Shown: positions 31,317 to 42,317, numbered from the stretch's first letter. The stretch: 64,000 nucleotides of DNA from a bacterium (GCA_963675755.2 CAXXMD010000003.1:1312001-1376000); one strand, 5' to 3'. Notes: generated from the letters alone by a model not told the origin. Program-made: numbers and translations.

Positions 31317-34043
31317 TTATTTCACCTTGAACTGATATTCTCCGCTTTCAACAGAGTATACTGTGTATCCATCCTTGTGCTCAACATAGGTGATAAAAGG
31401 TGAGGATTGGTGGATTTTGTCGTTTTGCGCTAAGGATTGGCCGTTTTTGTCGGGCACACAAACGGTTGCCGTACAGCCAACCGGTACAGTCACATCCATT
31501 TCGAATTGTTTATCGGACTGTTTCCAAGAGATACCGGCCTTGCCAAAAGGCGTATTGTTGGAATAGGTGACATATTCCAGTTCGTCCAAAGGTTGGGGTT
31601 TGAACAGAATGTGACGATAAGCCGGTTGATCAGGATCAATCTGTATACCGGCCAGATTGCGGTAAAACCATACCAGTCCGCCGCCAAACATGGGGTGGTT
31701 CTGCGAGTTTTTGCTGTTCCACTGTTCGCGGGTTGTGGTAGCACCTAGTTCCAACCACCAGCCAAAGCTGGGTTCGGTACGCTGGTTCAATATCTCGTAT
31801 GCCAGGTCATGCATGCCATTGTTTGCAAGCACTTCAAACAGAAACCGTGTCCCAATGATACCGGTATCGAGATGATTGCCGTTTGCGGCAATATTGGCTT
31901 TTAACGCGGCGGTGACTTTATCATACTGTTCATCCGGAACGCCCATGTACAGGGCCAGCACATTGCCGCCATAGTTGCCGTAACTGCCGGTTTGCGCATT
32001 GTAAAAACGTTGATGATACGCTTTTTTGGTATTTTCCGCAATCTGTGCATATTTTTCTATTTCTTCGGTTTTACCCAATTCTTTTGCGGTTTTTGCAGTA
32101 ACATTGCTGCAGTACCAGAGATAAAAGGTGTGCACCTGTTCATCGGGCATCATTTTACCGGGTGGGACCCAGTCGCCCAGGTTGAACCATTTCAGGGGAA
32201 TACCGTTTTTGCCGGCGCGCTGACTGTACATAACACCCTGGCTGTCGGTCCATTTTTGCATATAACCCACATAGCCTTTCATACCCTCGTAATTGTCGCT
32301 CAGCATATCCAGCGATCCATATTGCTCATAAAATTCCCAGGGAATCACACAAATTGCTGCTCCCCAGGCAATACCACCACCGCAACCCGGCTGCCAGGGC
32401 GCGCCGTTGGGAACATGCCCTGTTTCGGGATTTTGTGCTTCCAGCATGTCCTGTACCCATTTGTAATAAAAACTGCGGGCGTCGTAATTTTGCATTACCA
32501 TGGGACACGCAACCTGACCGTCACCGGTGTAACCGGAACGCTCGCGGTGCGGACAATCGCTGGCCAAGCCGCCATGCATATTGTCGATCTGGCTGCGTCG
32601 CCAGATGAGGTTAATGTCGTTGAACAGGGGATTCGAGGCCTCAAACTCGGCACTAACCGGTGCCGGCGTGTTGACCATTAGCGCGGTGAGGTGTTTGGCT
32701 TTGAGCTTGCCCGGCCAGTTTTTAATATCCACTTCTTTGAACACAAACCAGTTGAAACGGACATGATAGGTCTCGGATCCTTCTCCGCGAAAGGTATACG
32801 AGTTGTCCCCGGAATAATCACTACTGATAAAATTAAATTCCACCTTGTGGCCAGCCGGTGCCTTGACATCGTTAATGCGCAGCCAGCCCGAAATCTCTAC
32901 ACCAAAATCCACATGCCAGGTACCGTCATCGCGTTTTTCAATGCTAACGGGTTTGAGCTCTTCGGTGATACGGTCGGGTCTGGAAGTATGTGCCGCCAGC
33001 TCGCCTTCGGGTGCGTTTCGCAAAGCGACCTTTTGCCATTTGGCGTCGTTAAAACCGGGCGCGCACCAGCCGGGTTGCTCTTTGCGGGCATCGTAATGTT
33101 CGCCGTAATAGACCATGTCGTAAAGGATGGGACTTTTGTCAGCTTTCCATGAACCATCACTCACAATGATCTCTTGCGATCCGTCCTCATAGGTGATATA
33201 AAGCTGACAGAGAAAGCGCGGCGTGCCATAGGCCTCGGTCCAGCCTTTGGCAGGATTATAAAAGCCGTTACCCAAAATGCCGCCAATCACATTCTCGCCG
33301 GTTTTGAACTGGTCGCTTACATCATAAGCCAGATACAGGACCTTGTAACGACGAAAATTATCCGGAATTGCGATGCTGCGCTCAGTTAATCCCGGGCGTT
33401 TACCGTAATTGGTCTGATTGGGTACCAGCACATCATTGCCGATCTTTTCACCGTTCATGTAAAATTCAAAATAACCGAGTCCGGTTACAAACGCAACCGC
33501 GTTTTTGATGGGTTTGTTGACCTGAAAAGATTTGCGCAGCAAGGGAGCGGGAGGCGGTGTGGGTGTTTCACCGCGTCCGGGTAATGGCAGTGCTTCTTCT
33601 CCCTGCCAGGGTGCGCCAATCCATTGCGCCTGCCACTCGGAGGGGTCCAACAGTCCCATACGCCAGGCGCTGGGGTTGCTCCATTTTGAGGCTTTATCGT
33701 TACGGTCCCAAACCCGCACCTGCCACCAGCACTCCTGACGGGATTGCAGGGTCTTGCCGTCATACTCGATGCGATTACTCAGCTGGGATTCGATCTTGCC
33801 ACTGTCCCACAGATCGGGAGATTCAAGCAGATCGGGGGTTGTTGCAACGCGCACCTGCCAGGCGGTTTGTTTCTGACCGCGTTCGTTCTTGTCCGCAATG
33901 TTGACCCAAGCAAGTCTGGGTTTGGCAATGTCAACAAGGGGCATGCCATCGAGATACTCGCAGGTGAGTTGGGTTGGGGTTATTCCTGCCAGCAGCATGA
34001 TCGGCAACAACAGGATACTCAGAACCATCATAATGTTTTTCAT
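31317..34043 (-). CDS. GH78 alpha-L-rhamnosidase, secreted
   Basis: LWDSGK, APLLRKSF, GEHYDAR, SDCPHRERSGYTGDG, LGDW.PP, GATTTREQW, SQNHPMFG. Confidence 0.92.
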   Translation of the reverse strand: MKNIMMVLSILLLPIMLLAGITPTQLTCEYLDGMPLVDIAKPRLAWVNIADKNERGQKQTAWQVRVATTPDLLESPDLWDSGKIESQLSNRIEYDGKTLQSRQECWWQVRVWDRNDKASKWSNPSAWRMGLLDPSEWQAQWIGAPWQGEEALPLPGRGETPTPPPAPLLRKSFQVNKPIKNAVAFVTGLGYFEFYMNGEKIGNDVLVPNQTNYGKRPGLTERSIAIPDNFRRYKVLYLAYDVSDQFKTGENVIGGILGNGFYNPAKGWTEAYGTPRFLCQLYITYEDGSQEIIVSDGSWKADKSPILYDMVYYGEHYDARKEQPGWCAPGFNDAKWQKVALRNAPEGELAAHTSRPDRITEELKPVSIEKRDDGTWHVDFGVEISGWLRINDVKAPAGHKVEFNFISSDYSGDNSYTFRGEGSETYHVRFNWFVFKEVDIKNWPGKLKAKHLTALMVNTPAPVSAEFEASNPLFNDINLIWRRSQIDNMHGGLASDCPHRERSGYTGDGQVACPMVMQNYDARSFYYKWVQDMLEAQNPETGHVPNGAPWQPGCGGGIAWGAAICVIPWEFYEQYGSLDMLSDNYEGMKGYVGYMQKWTDSQGVMYSQRAGKNGIPLKWFNLGDWVPPGKMMPDEQVHTFYLWYCSNVTAKTAKELGKTEEIEKYAQIAENTKKAYHQRFYNAQTGSYGNYGGNVLALYMGVPDEQYDKVTAALKANIAANGNHLDTGIIGTRFLFEVLANNGMHDLAYEILNQRTEPSFGWWLELGATTTREQWNSKNSQNHPMFGGGLVWFYRNLAGIQIDPDQPAYRHILFKPQPLDELEYVTYSNNTPFGKAGISWKQSDKQFEMDVTVPVGCTATVCVPDKNGQSLAQNDKIHQSSPFITYVEHKDGYTVYSVESGEYQFKVK

Positions 34044-34148
34044 ATAGATTTTCCCGGGGTTATGTGTTGATATGAATTGTGAGTTTTGACGATATTTAGA
34101 ATATATTAAACCGGGGGGTTTGATGCAATAAAAGAAGTGAATGGATGG

Positions 34149-34208
34149 AAAGAATTGGAGTACAGTCCAAAAAAAGTGGTTGATTATTGGACTGTAGTCT
34201 AATTCTTT
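34149..34208. repeat. 22-bp-arm inverted repeat
   Basis: AAAGAATTGGAGTACAGTCCAA-N16-TTGGACTGTAGTCTAATTCTTT (20/22 complementary). Confidence 0.7.
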
Positions 34209-34240
34209 TCTCTTGATAGAAAAATTCGATATGATTAAAG

Positions 34241-34271
34241 GATCATGACGGAAAATATCTCCGTCACGAGC
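34241..34271. repeat. Palindromic repeat family copy 3
   Basis: GATCATGACGGAAAATATCTCCGTCACGAGC. Confidence 0.8.
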
Positions 34272-34294
34272 TGTGAAATGTAGGCTTTTTACTA

Positions 34295-34687
34295 TTATAT
34301 TTCTTCCAGCCAGGCCATAGCTTTATCAACATCGTTAAAAGCTCTGACATGAATTCCCATGGTTTTGTATTTGTTGATGAATTTGGATACAAACATTTGC
34401 ACTGTTACCATTTCAGGCATAACCACTGCCCAATATTTCCAGCCGGCGTTTATGATTCTCGACTCCCAATTTTCAACATACCAGCCAATATCTTCAACAT
34501 AGGTTGAACTATTTTTGCGGTCATTTGCTAACCATTTGGTACAATTGAATTTAATAAAGTTATCAGCTCCAATAGACAGTACTGTTTTGTATTCCTGATC
34601 GGTAATATATTTGTGAATTTGATGATATATTATCTTTTTTTCAGGATATGCGATTACCGTTGCTGATTCGCTATCATAGACTTGCAT
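34295..34687 (-). CDS. Small STAS/SpoIIAA-like hypothetical protein
   Basis: KWLANDRK, AGWKYWAVVMP and F.DVDKAMAWL match the pattern of SpoIIAA-like small proteins. Confidence 0.65.
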   Translation of the reverse strand: MQVYDSESATVIAYPEKKIIYHQIHKYITDQEYKTVLSIGADNFIKFNCTKWLANDRKNSSTYVEDIGWYVENWESRIINAGWKYWAVVMPEMVTVQMFVSKFINKYKTMGIHVRAFNDVDKAMAWLEEI

Positions 34688-34744
34688 AATAATTCCCGGT
34701 GTCCTTTTTTGAAAATAATTTGTAAAACATTTTAAATAATGAAT

Positions 34745-34760
34745 CGCAATTTCTATGCCC
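34745..34760 (-). promoter_or_regulatory. Putative sigma54 -24/-12 promoter
   Basis: Minus strand GGGCATAGAAATTGCG has GG-N10-GC spacing, ~60 bp upstream of the ATG at 34687. Confidence 0.55.
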
Positions 34761-34980
34761 GTAAAAAGAAACGAGCAGGGTTATAGCAAAAATATTGTAA
34801 CTTAATTGTGATTGAGATTGTTTTCGTTATGATCAGTATTAAAGTTTCAGATTTATCTGACTCATTTACATGTGACAATATTATAAGATGATTGTGAGGG
34901 AAAGAGATGATATTTTATCTATTGATCCTCTCTTACTGTTTTTGTATTATACTATTCACCCATAATCCCGTGAGGAAACA

Positions 34981-35883
34981 ATGAAATATTGGTTAGTTAT
35001 ACTGGCTCTGATGTTACAATTAACTGTATTATATGCTGTACCCAATGAGCTCTCTATAGACAATGGGATATTAACCGTCAAGGTGGACCTGACCCGCGGC
35101 GGAACCATCAAGTGGGTATCCGTATCCGGTAGTGACCGCAACCTGGTAAACACCCATGACGAAGGCAGGTACATCCAGCAATCGTATTACGCAGGCAAAT
35201 CACTGGATCGTACCGCAGAGGGCCAGAGTCCCGACTGGACGCCCTGGAGCTGGAACCCAATCCAGGCCGGTGACGCATTCAAGAACCGCGCGGAAATACT
35301 CGATTACCGCAAATCCGGTGACTCGTTGTACGTGAAATGCGTTCCCATGTTGTGGGATATGAACAACAAACCCGCAGAAGCTGAACTGGAACAATGGACC
35401 GTACTGATTGGGAACACACTCCAAATCCATAACAAGCTGACCTGTTTCCGGACCGATACGTTATATGGAGAAGGCATCTCGAACAATCAGGAACTGCCGG
35501 CAGTGTATCCGGTTTCGGCTCTTAGTCAGTTATACAGCTATACCGGGGACCAGCCTTTTACCGGCGCGCCGGTGGAAAACATCGAGGTCATCTTTTTGTC
35601 CAGTGGGTTCTGGGGACGCTATGAATCGGTTCCCGAACATTGGATGGCGTTTGTAGATGAAAACCAGTGGGGTATGGGCGTTTACAATCCCAAATGTACC
35701 CGGTTTTTAGCAGGCATGTACAAAGACCCCGGAGGCGAAACTAATGACGCGTCAACATCCTATATCGCTCCTGTAAAGAAGGCGGTGTTAAACAAGGATA
35801 CGGTGTACGAGTATAGTTATTATATCATTATAGGATCTTTGAAAGAAATCCGGGAAAAGGTGTACGAACTGGAAGCAAAATAA
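34981..35883 (+). CDS. Hypothetical secreted protein (possibly a galactose-mutarotase-like beta-sandwich)
   Basis: Signal peptide, GAGG RBS, 300 aa; NLVNTHDEGRYIQQSYY, WNPIQAGD. Confidence 0.7.
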   Translation: MKYWLVILALMLQLTVLYAVPNELSIDNGILTVKVDLTRGGTIKWVSVSGSDRNLVNTHDEGRYIQQSYYAGKSLDRTAEGQSPDWTPWSWNPIQAGDAFKNRAEILDYRKSGDSLYVKCVPMLWDMNNKPAEAELEQWTVLIGNTLQIHNKLTCFRTDTLYGEGISNNQELPAVYPVSALSQLYSYTGDQPFTGAPVENIEVIFLSSGFWGRYESVPEHWMAFVDENQWGMGVYNPKCTRFLAGMYKDPGGETNDASTSYIAPVKKAVLNKDTVYEYSYYIIIGSLKEIREKVYELEAK

Positions 35884-35999
35884 TTTTATTTTTGACGGGT
35901 CAGCCAACTAGTAGATACGTATATTAAAACACCGGATTCTTTGCTCATAATAAAAATTGTCTCTGTACCTTAAAGTGAGCCTTTTATATCAGTTAACAC

Positions 36000-38768
36000 C
36001 TACCTCAGCAGCACCATCTTTTTTACACGGTTAAACCCGCCCGCCTCTATCCGGTAAAAATAGACGCCCGCGGCTACCGTTTTCCCGGATACGTCCCAGC
36101 CATCCCATTGGATTGCATGGATTCCCGCTGGTCGATCAGCATCCAAAAGCGCCTTAACCTCGCGGCCCAGCACATCATATACTGTCAACCGGACGCGATC
36201 CGGGTGCGGTAACTGATATGATATTTGCGTCACCGGATTAAACGGATTGGGATAATTCTGTTCAAGCTCAAAACGGAGCGGGACCGATTCGGATTCAATC
36301 CGGTTCAGTACACCATACTCGTATGCGCCCATGTCCGGAGCGGGACCGGAATATTCGCTTTCTTCCATATTGACAAGGGTGTCCCCCTCCCATTCATAAA
36401 ACACAGTACCGGCATCAATGCAGGGAGAGTCCCCGGACAGATGATAATCAAAGGGATCACCGCCTACAAACAAGGGATCCGCATCAATGTTGCCGTCGAG
36501 CCAGTTGATAATTGAATTATCATATACATCTTTAATACTATCCCGTCCTCCTTGAATATTGGATGATAAAACAGTGAGTATATTATCTCCGCCCAGGGGT
36601 GGTGTTGTAGATGATATAATATTATACGGTTGATTGTTTGCAATGATACTATTTATTAAATTTACTTTTGAACCCATCGATAAAACCAACCCTCCGGCAT
36701 GATTTATTTCACCATAAATATTTGACGAAGCATTAAAATAAATATTATCATAAACGGTTACATTTTCCAAAATATATTCACCACGCCTTAAACATATACC
36801 ACCTCCATAACGATCACATTTGTTATTATGAACCAGTACATTTTCAAATGAAATCTTGTATAAAGATGACAGATATATGACTGAACAATAAATACCTCCA
36901 CCTGAACAGAAAGCCGTGTTATTTGAAATCACCAAATCTTTAAATATTACATTGTTCGAACGAAACGTATTAATTCCACCGCCATCATTATTGGTTTCAC
37001 CATTACAGAGTGTAAAACCCTGAAAAAACATATTATTTACTATATATAGCTGTACCACCTGATTTTGCTGCTCTGCATCCAATATTGTAGAATTCGGCCC
37101 ATCACCCAGAATGGATACATAACTTTTACACAATACCGGAAATGTCTCTCCAGTTTTAGATGGTGAATACAAACCCGGTGCTACATGAATAACCCTTGGA
37201 TTTAAACTGTCTACCTGTATGGACAGTAATGCCTTGTTCAAGGTTTTCATCGGCTGGTTGGAACTCAATCCATTATTTTCATCACTTCCCTGTTCAGAAA
37301 CAAACAAATCAGCAGATACAGGCTCAACCAGGGTTTTTTGCCAGGAAATATTATGATTTTCTATCGGATCAATAAAAACGGAATCCTTGTGACTGGTCGT
37401 AAATGTGTCCAGCACAGCACTGATTGTTGATTTGCCGTCACTGGCAAAATCATTTCCGGTTACAAAAGCACGGTTATAATATACGCTGTTTAATTCAGAT
37501 CCGTCAAATATTAGATTTGCATTCTCGTTGGTACAATAAATACCTCCACCCGATTTTTCACTAATATTACGGTTAATGGATGTATTCCTGAGTGTTAAAA
37601 CAGAATTATCATTATAGATTGCTCCCCCTAATCCGGTTGCATAATTTTCACTTATTACTGTATGGTCGAGTGTCATGTTTGAAGATTGGACAAAAATCCC
37701 ACCTCCATAATCACCTGAATTTTCAGAAACAATACAGTTTTTCAATATTACAATCGAACTGTCACTGCAATAAATGCCTCCTCCATATATATTCCTCGAA
37801 TCTACAAGACTCCTGTTTTTTATAAACCAGGAATTCCTTATCTCGGCATTACTGTTCAACAAATAAATACCGCAACCTAAACCCAGGCCTGGTATTGAGC
37901 CCATACCTAAATTATCCTTAACAAGGGTACTGTCAATTTCCAAATCCGAACCTCTTGCATATATTCCAGCACCTCTCAAACTCGGTCCCAGACTTGCTGA
38001 TGAATAACTTTTCCAGGAATTATTTTCTATTTTCACATTGGTGATTTTAATCTTTGAAAATTCCATACATATTCCACCACCGCCATATGATCCCAACAGA
38101 TGGTTTCTTAAAGTCACGTTATCAAGTTCAATTTGTGATTTTTGGCAAAATATCCCCCCACCATATCTACCGCTATTGTTTGAAAAATCAGAATGAATTA
38201 TCCTGAGCGTTGAGCTGTCTTGACAGGTTACGCCTCGTTGTTCATTATCCCGAATTTTCACATTATCTATATTCAGAACGGAGCTTTCAAAACAGCCAAT
38301 TCCACCTGCTTTATAACGGTAATTTCTTTCAAGGTAATTCTGTTCAACTTTAAGATGAGTCAAATTTGCGTTCGAGGCATTACGGCAAACAATACCGCTT
38401 GCTCCTTTATCATCACTTTCATTAGAATCCCGTCCGTTTGTTATCACTAACCCGCACAATGTCGTTGTACTATCTTCACCGCTGGCAATGGTGACGACCG
38501 TACCGCTCTGGCTGCCGTCTATAACAGTTTGCGCAATGTAGGAGGTGTCTCCAGTGGAGAGATAATACGAGGCTACAACAATCGACCTGCCGTTAAAGTT
38601 GATATTTTCGTAGTACGTCCCCGGGGCCACCAGCACAGTATCCCCGTTAACAGAAGCGTTAATACCTTGCTGAATTGTAGAAAAATCATCGGGGATGTGT
38701 AATAATTCAGCGTAGGCAAAAGTCCCCATTAAACATATGATACAGAAAAAAATTTGTGACGTTTTCAT
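36000..38768 (-). CDS. Right-handed beta-helix (pectin-lyase/Pmp GGxI repeats, DUF1565-like) T9SS cargo with FlgD-Ig CTD, copy A
   Basis: TIQQGIN..GDTVLVAPGTYYENI, repeated GGGIY, SPCIDAG, PDMGAYE, QNYPNPFNP...KKMVLLR. Confidence 0.85.
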   Translation of the reverse strand: MKTSQIFFCIICLMGTFAYAELLHIPDDFSTIQQGINASVNGDTVLVAPGTYYENINFNGRSIVVASYYLSTGDTSYIAQTVIDGSQSGTVVTIASGEDSTTTLCGLVITNGRDSNESDDKGASGIVCRNASNANLTHLKVEQNYLERNYRYKAGGIGCFESSVLNIDNVKIRDNEQRGVTCQDSSTLRIIHSDFSNNSGRYGGGIFCQKSQIELDNVTLRNHLLGSYGGGGICMEFSKIKITNVKIENNSWKSYSSASLGPSLRGAGIYARGSDLEIDSTLVKDNLGMGSIPGLGLGCGIYLLNSNAEIRNSWFIKNRSLVDSRNIYGGGIYCSDSSIVILKNCIVSENSGDYGGGIFVQSSNMTLDHTVISENYATGLGGAIYNDNSVLTLRNTSINRNISEKSGGGIYCTNENANLIFDGSELNSVYYNRAFVTGNDFASDGKSTISAVLDTFTTSHKDSVFIDPIENHNISWQKTLVEPVSADLFVSEQGSDENNGLSSNQPMKTLNKALLSIQVDSLNPRVIHVAPGLYSPSKTGETFPVLCKSYVSILGDGPNSTILDAEQQNQVVQLYIVNNMFFQGFTLCNGETNNDGGGINTFRSNNVIFKDLVISNNTAFCSGGGIYCSVIYLSSLYKISFENVLVHNNKCDRYGGGICLRRGEYILENVTVYDNIYFNASSNIYGEINHAGGLVLSMGSKVNLINSIIANNQPYNIISSTTPPLGGDNILTVLSSNIQGGRDSIKDVYDNSIINWLDGNIDADPLFVGGDPFDYHLSGDSPCIDAGTVFYEWEGDTLVNMEESEYSGPAPDMGAYEYGVLNRIESESVPLRFELEQNYPNPFNPVTQISYQLPHPDRVRLTVYDVLGREVKALLDADRPAGIHAIQWDGWDVSGKTVAAGVYFYRIEAGGFNRVKKMVLLR

Positions 38769-38842
38769 ATTTTCCCCTAATATTTCTAATACATAATTTT
38801 TGTCTCTGTACCTTAAAGTGAGCCTTTTATATCAGTTAACAC

Positions 38843-41593
38843 CTACCTCAACAGTACCATCTTTTTAACACGGGTAAACTCGTCCGTCTCTATTCGGTAA
38901 AAATAGACACTTGCGGCAACCGTCTTGCCGGATGCGTCCCGGCCATCCCATTTGACTTTATGCGTTCCTGCCGGACGGTCAGCATCCACCAGCGCTTTCA
39001 CCTCGCGGCCCAATACGTCATAAACTGTCAACCGAACGTGATCCGTGTGCGGTAACTGATACGATATTTGCGTCACCGGATTAAAAGGATTGGGGTAATT
39101 CTGCGCAAGCTCAAACCGAAGCGGGGCCGATGCAGATTCAATCCGGTTTAGCACACCATACTCGTACGCGCCCATATCCGGAGCAGGTCCCGAATATTCG
39201 CGTTCATCCATATTGACAAGGGTATCCCCCTCCCATACATAAAACGCAGTACCCGCATCAATACAGGGAGAAGCCTCTGTTAGATGATAATCAAAAGGTT
39301 CGCCACCTACAAACATCGGCTCTGCATCAATGTTGCCGTCGAGCCAGTTGATAAAAAACAGTTCATTTTTAATTTCAATACTATCCTGCCCGCCTTGAAT
39401 ATTGGAAAACAACACGGTTAAGATATTGTCACCTCCCAGGGGTGGTATTGTAAATGATCGAATATTTGAAGGATAATTTTCAGCAATGATACTATTTATC
39501 AAATTTACTTTTGAACCCATCACCAGAGCAATACCTCCGGACCGATCATCATATTCATAATTATTGTTTAAAGTATCAAATCGATTATTATTATAGACTG
39601 TCATATTTTCCAATGTATACTCACCACCCCTGACACATATTCCACTCCCATAAAATCCACTTTTGTTATTATAAACGAGTATTTTTTTTAACAAAATATT
39701 ATATTCTGACTGATATCTTGCTGAACAATAAATTCCGCCGCCTGACGAACTGGCAGTATTATTTGAAACAACAAGCTCTTTAAAGACAATCTTATTCGAA
39801 AGATATGTATGAATTCCACCGCCATCATTGTTTGAATTACCATTCCTTATAGTAAAGTCCTGAAAACGCATATTATTTACTTTATATAACTGAACAACCC
39901 GGTTTTGTTGTTCAGCATCTAAAATGGTAGTATTGGGATTGTCACCCACAACAGATACATGACTTTTAACTATGACCGGAAAACTTTCTCCTGTCTTTGA
40001 AGGGGAATATAATCCTGGCCCAACATGGACTGTATGCGGATTCAAGCTGTCAGCCAGAACTGTAAGCATGGCTTTATTGATCGTTTTAAAAGGAGTTGAT
40101 TCAGACAAGCCGTCATTATCATCATCTCCCTGCTCAGACACATACATATCAGCAGATACAGGTTGTACCAGTGCCTGTTGCCAGGTAATATTGAAATTAT
40201 CAACAGGATCCGCAAAAACCGTATCCATTCGGTTAATTGTAAAAGTGTCCAATACAGCATTTATCGTTATCAAACTGTCACAGGCAAAATCGTTTCCGGA
40301 TTCAAAGGCGCGATTATAATAAACACTGTTTAGTTCTGTTTTATTGAATTCTATTTTTGCATTATCATTGGTACAAAAAAATCCCCCACCCGTTGTTTCA
40401 CTCAAATTTCGATTAATAGACGAATTCTTAATTGATACATCAGAATTGTCATTGTAGATACCCCCTCCTTCTTCTATTGTGTGGTTTGCCCGTATCAATA
40501 CTTTATCCAAATCAAGGATTGAATTTTTTGTATAAATCCCTCCACCTCTTCTCGCAAAATTTTCTACTATTTTAGTATTATACAATTGAACCAATGCACA
40601 ATCTCTAAAAGCAATCCCTCCACCATACATTAGCGTCGATGAAAAAGTAGAAGTGTTGCTAGCAACATATGAATTCTTTATATTAACCAAACTATTATAA
40701 CAAAACATACCATTTCCATGACTGCCAAATTCACCTGCAAATCCCGAATTGCTTTCTATACGGACATTATCGATATCAAGTTTTGAATCCCACACACAAA
40801 TACCTGCACCCCTGGTAGAACTAAGAGACGTAATTCCAATAAGATTTCCTTTGTTTCTTAATATTTTCGAATTTTTAATTACAAGATTTGAATATCTTGC
40901 AAAGATACCTATCCCGCCACTTTTTGAAATATTATCTCTTATAGTAACATCATTAATAGTTATTCCACAGTCTTCGCAATAAATCCCCCCGCCACTATTG
41001 TTGTAAACACTTGAATTAAAGATTTTAACTTTAGAACTGTCACGACAGATCATAGCTCTTTCTTCATTCTCCCGCAAAACCACAAATTCCATGGTTAGAT
41101 TCGAGTTATCAAAGCAGCCAATTCCACTAACTCTATTAATATTACTTTCAAAAATATTGTTTTTTTCAACAATCAAATGAGATAACACGACACTGGAGTG
41201 ATTTCCGCACATAATTCCACTTGCGATTTTGGTTGTATAGTCAAAATCCTCTATGTACCCGTTTGTAATCACAAATCCGCACAGTGCTGTCGTACTGTCT
41301 TCTCCACTGGCAATGGTGACGACCGTACCTTTCTGGTTTCCGTCAATCACGGTTTGTGCAATGTAGGAGGTGTCTCTCGTGGTGAGATAGTACGAGGCTA
41401 CAACAATCGATTTGCCATTAAAGTTGATATTTTCGTAGTACGTCCCCGGGGCCACCAGCACAGTATCCCCGTTAACAGAAGCGTTAATACCTTGCTGAAT
41501 TGTAGAAAAATCATCGGGGATGTGTAGAATGTTAGCATAGGCAAACGTCCCCATTAAACATATGATACAGAAAAAAACTTGTGACGTTTTCAT
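38843..41593 (-). CDS. Right-handed beta-helix T9SS cargo with FlgD-Ig CTD, copy B
   Basis: Same architecture; termini nearly identical to copy A, middle divergent. Confidence 0.85.
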   Translation of the reverse strand: MKTSQVFFCIICLMGTFAYANILHIPDDFSTIQQGINASVNGDTVLVAPGTYYENINFNGKSIVVASYYLTTRDTSYIAQTVIDGNQKGTVVTIASGEDSTTALCGFVITNGYIEDFDYTTKIASGIMCGNHSSVVLSHLIVEKNNIFESNINRVSGIGCFDNSNLTMEFVVLRENEERAMICRDSSKVKIFNSSVYNNSGGGIYCEDCGITINDVTIRDNISKSGGIGIFARYSNLVIKNSKILRNKGNLIGITSLSSTRGAGICVWDSKLDIDNVRIESNSGFAGEFGSHGNGMFCYNSLVNIKNSYVASNTSTFSSTLMYGGGIAFRDCALVQLYNTKIVENFARRGGGIYTKNSILDLDKVLIRANHTIEEGGGIYNDNSDVSIKNSSINRNLSETTGGGFFCTNDNAKIEFNKTELNSVYYNRAFESGNDFACDSLITINAVLDTFTINRMDTVFADPVDNFNITWQQALVQPVSADMYVSEQGDDDNDGLSESTPFKTINKAMLTVLADSLNPHTVHVGPGLYSPSKTGESFPVIVKSHVSVVGDNPNTTILDAEQQNRVVQLYKVNNMRFQDFTIRNGNSNNDGGGIHTYLSNKIVFKELVVSNNTASSSGGGIYCSARYQSEYNILLKKILVYNNKSGFYGSGICVRGGEYTLENMTVYNNNRFDTLNNNYEYDDRSGGIALVMGSKVNLINSIIAENYPSNIRSFTIPPLGGDNILTVLFSNIQGGQDSIEIKNELFFINWLDGNIDAEPMFVGGEPFDYHLTEASPCIDAGTAFYVWEGDTLVNMDEREYSGPAPDMGAYEYGVLNRIESASAPLRFELAQNYPNPFNPVTQISYQLPHTDHVRLTVYDVLGREVKALVDADRPAGTHKVKWDGRDASGKTVAASVYFYRIETDEFTRVKKMVLLR

Positions 41594-41735
41594 ATTTTCC
41601 CCTAATATTTCTAATACATAATTTTTGTCTCTGTGCTCTGGTACCTTTTTGAGATAGATTAACTTTCTCTAAAAGAAATTCCCAAGTCACCAAGCCACAA
41701 AGTAGCTTTCCTTATTTTTTCAATTACATCAAATC

Positions 41736-42317
41736 TTATTCCCGTCCTTTCCCAATAACAATCCCAATCTGATATTGGTCTCCATCTATACCATAAAAGA
41801 ACACATCCGACATTTTCTGATAGCTAAACATCAATCCCACATCCAGTTTATCTGTAGTAATCATAAAATGGTTGGAAACGTCCAAAAACATGCCACCTTC
41901 TGCCTGCCCATTGCTTTCCTCATTAAAGCTATTAATAACCATCATCCCCATTCCAACCATGGCATGCCAGTAAAAATTATTACGACTGTAAAGTACATTC
42001 CCTACAGCAATTTCATTATTTGAAGCAACATAATTGTCAAAATCCGAATAATAAGACCCTAATGAGCTATTGGGACTGATTTTTTCATTACTGCTGTTTT
42101 TATGCCAGTGCACGCCAGCTTTATAGTAAAGCTTATCGCTTATACCCAAAGGTAATACCAAACTACCGTGTATACCCATAGATTCAGGTTCTTTCTTTTC
42201 TTCACCACCATATTTATCATAGTTATTCACACCGACAGATAAAAACCGGTATTCTTTAGCTGCACCCAATCCACAAAACATTAAAACCATTATCGCAATC
42301 ATTATAACCTTTTTCAT
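41736..42317 (-). CDS. Hypothetical exported protein (small beta-barrel-like)
   Basis: Start MKKVIMIA with signal peptide; amphipathic beta pattern; AT-rich. Confidence 0.6.
   Translation of the reverse strand: MKKVIMIAIMVLMFCGLGAAKEYRFLSVGVNNYDKYGGEEKKEPESMGIHGSLVLPLGISDKLYYKAGVHWHKNSSNEKISPNSSLGSYYSDFDNYVASNNEIAVGNVLYSRNNFYWHAMVGMGMMVINSFNEESNGQAEGGMFLDVSNHFMITTDKLDVGLMFSYQKMSDVFFYGIDGDQYQIGIVIGKGRE

Noticed and set aside
36000-41593. Diversity-generating retroelement behind the beta-helix variation
   Set aside because: No reverse transcriptase or template repeat is present, and the differences are not adenine-specific and include indels.
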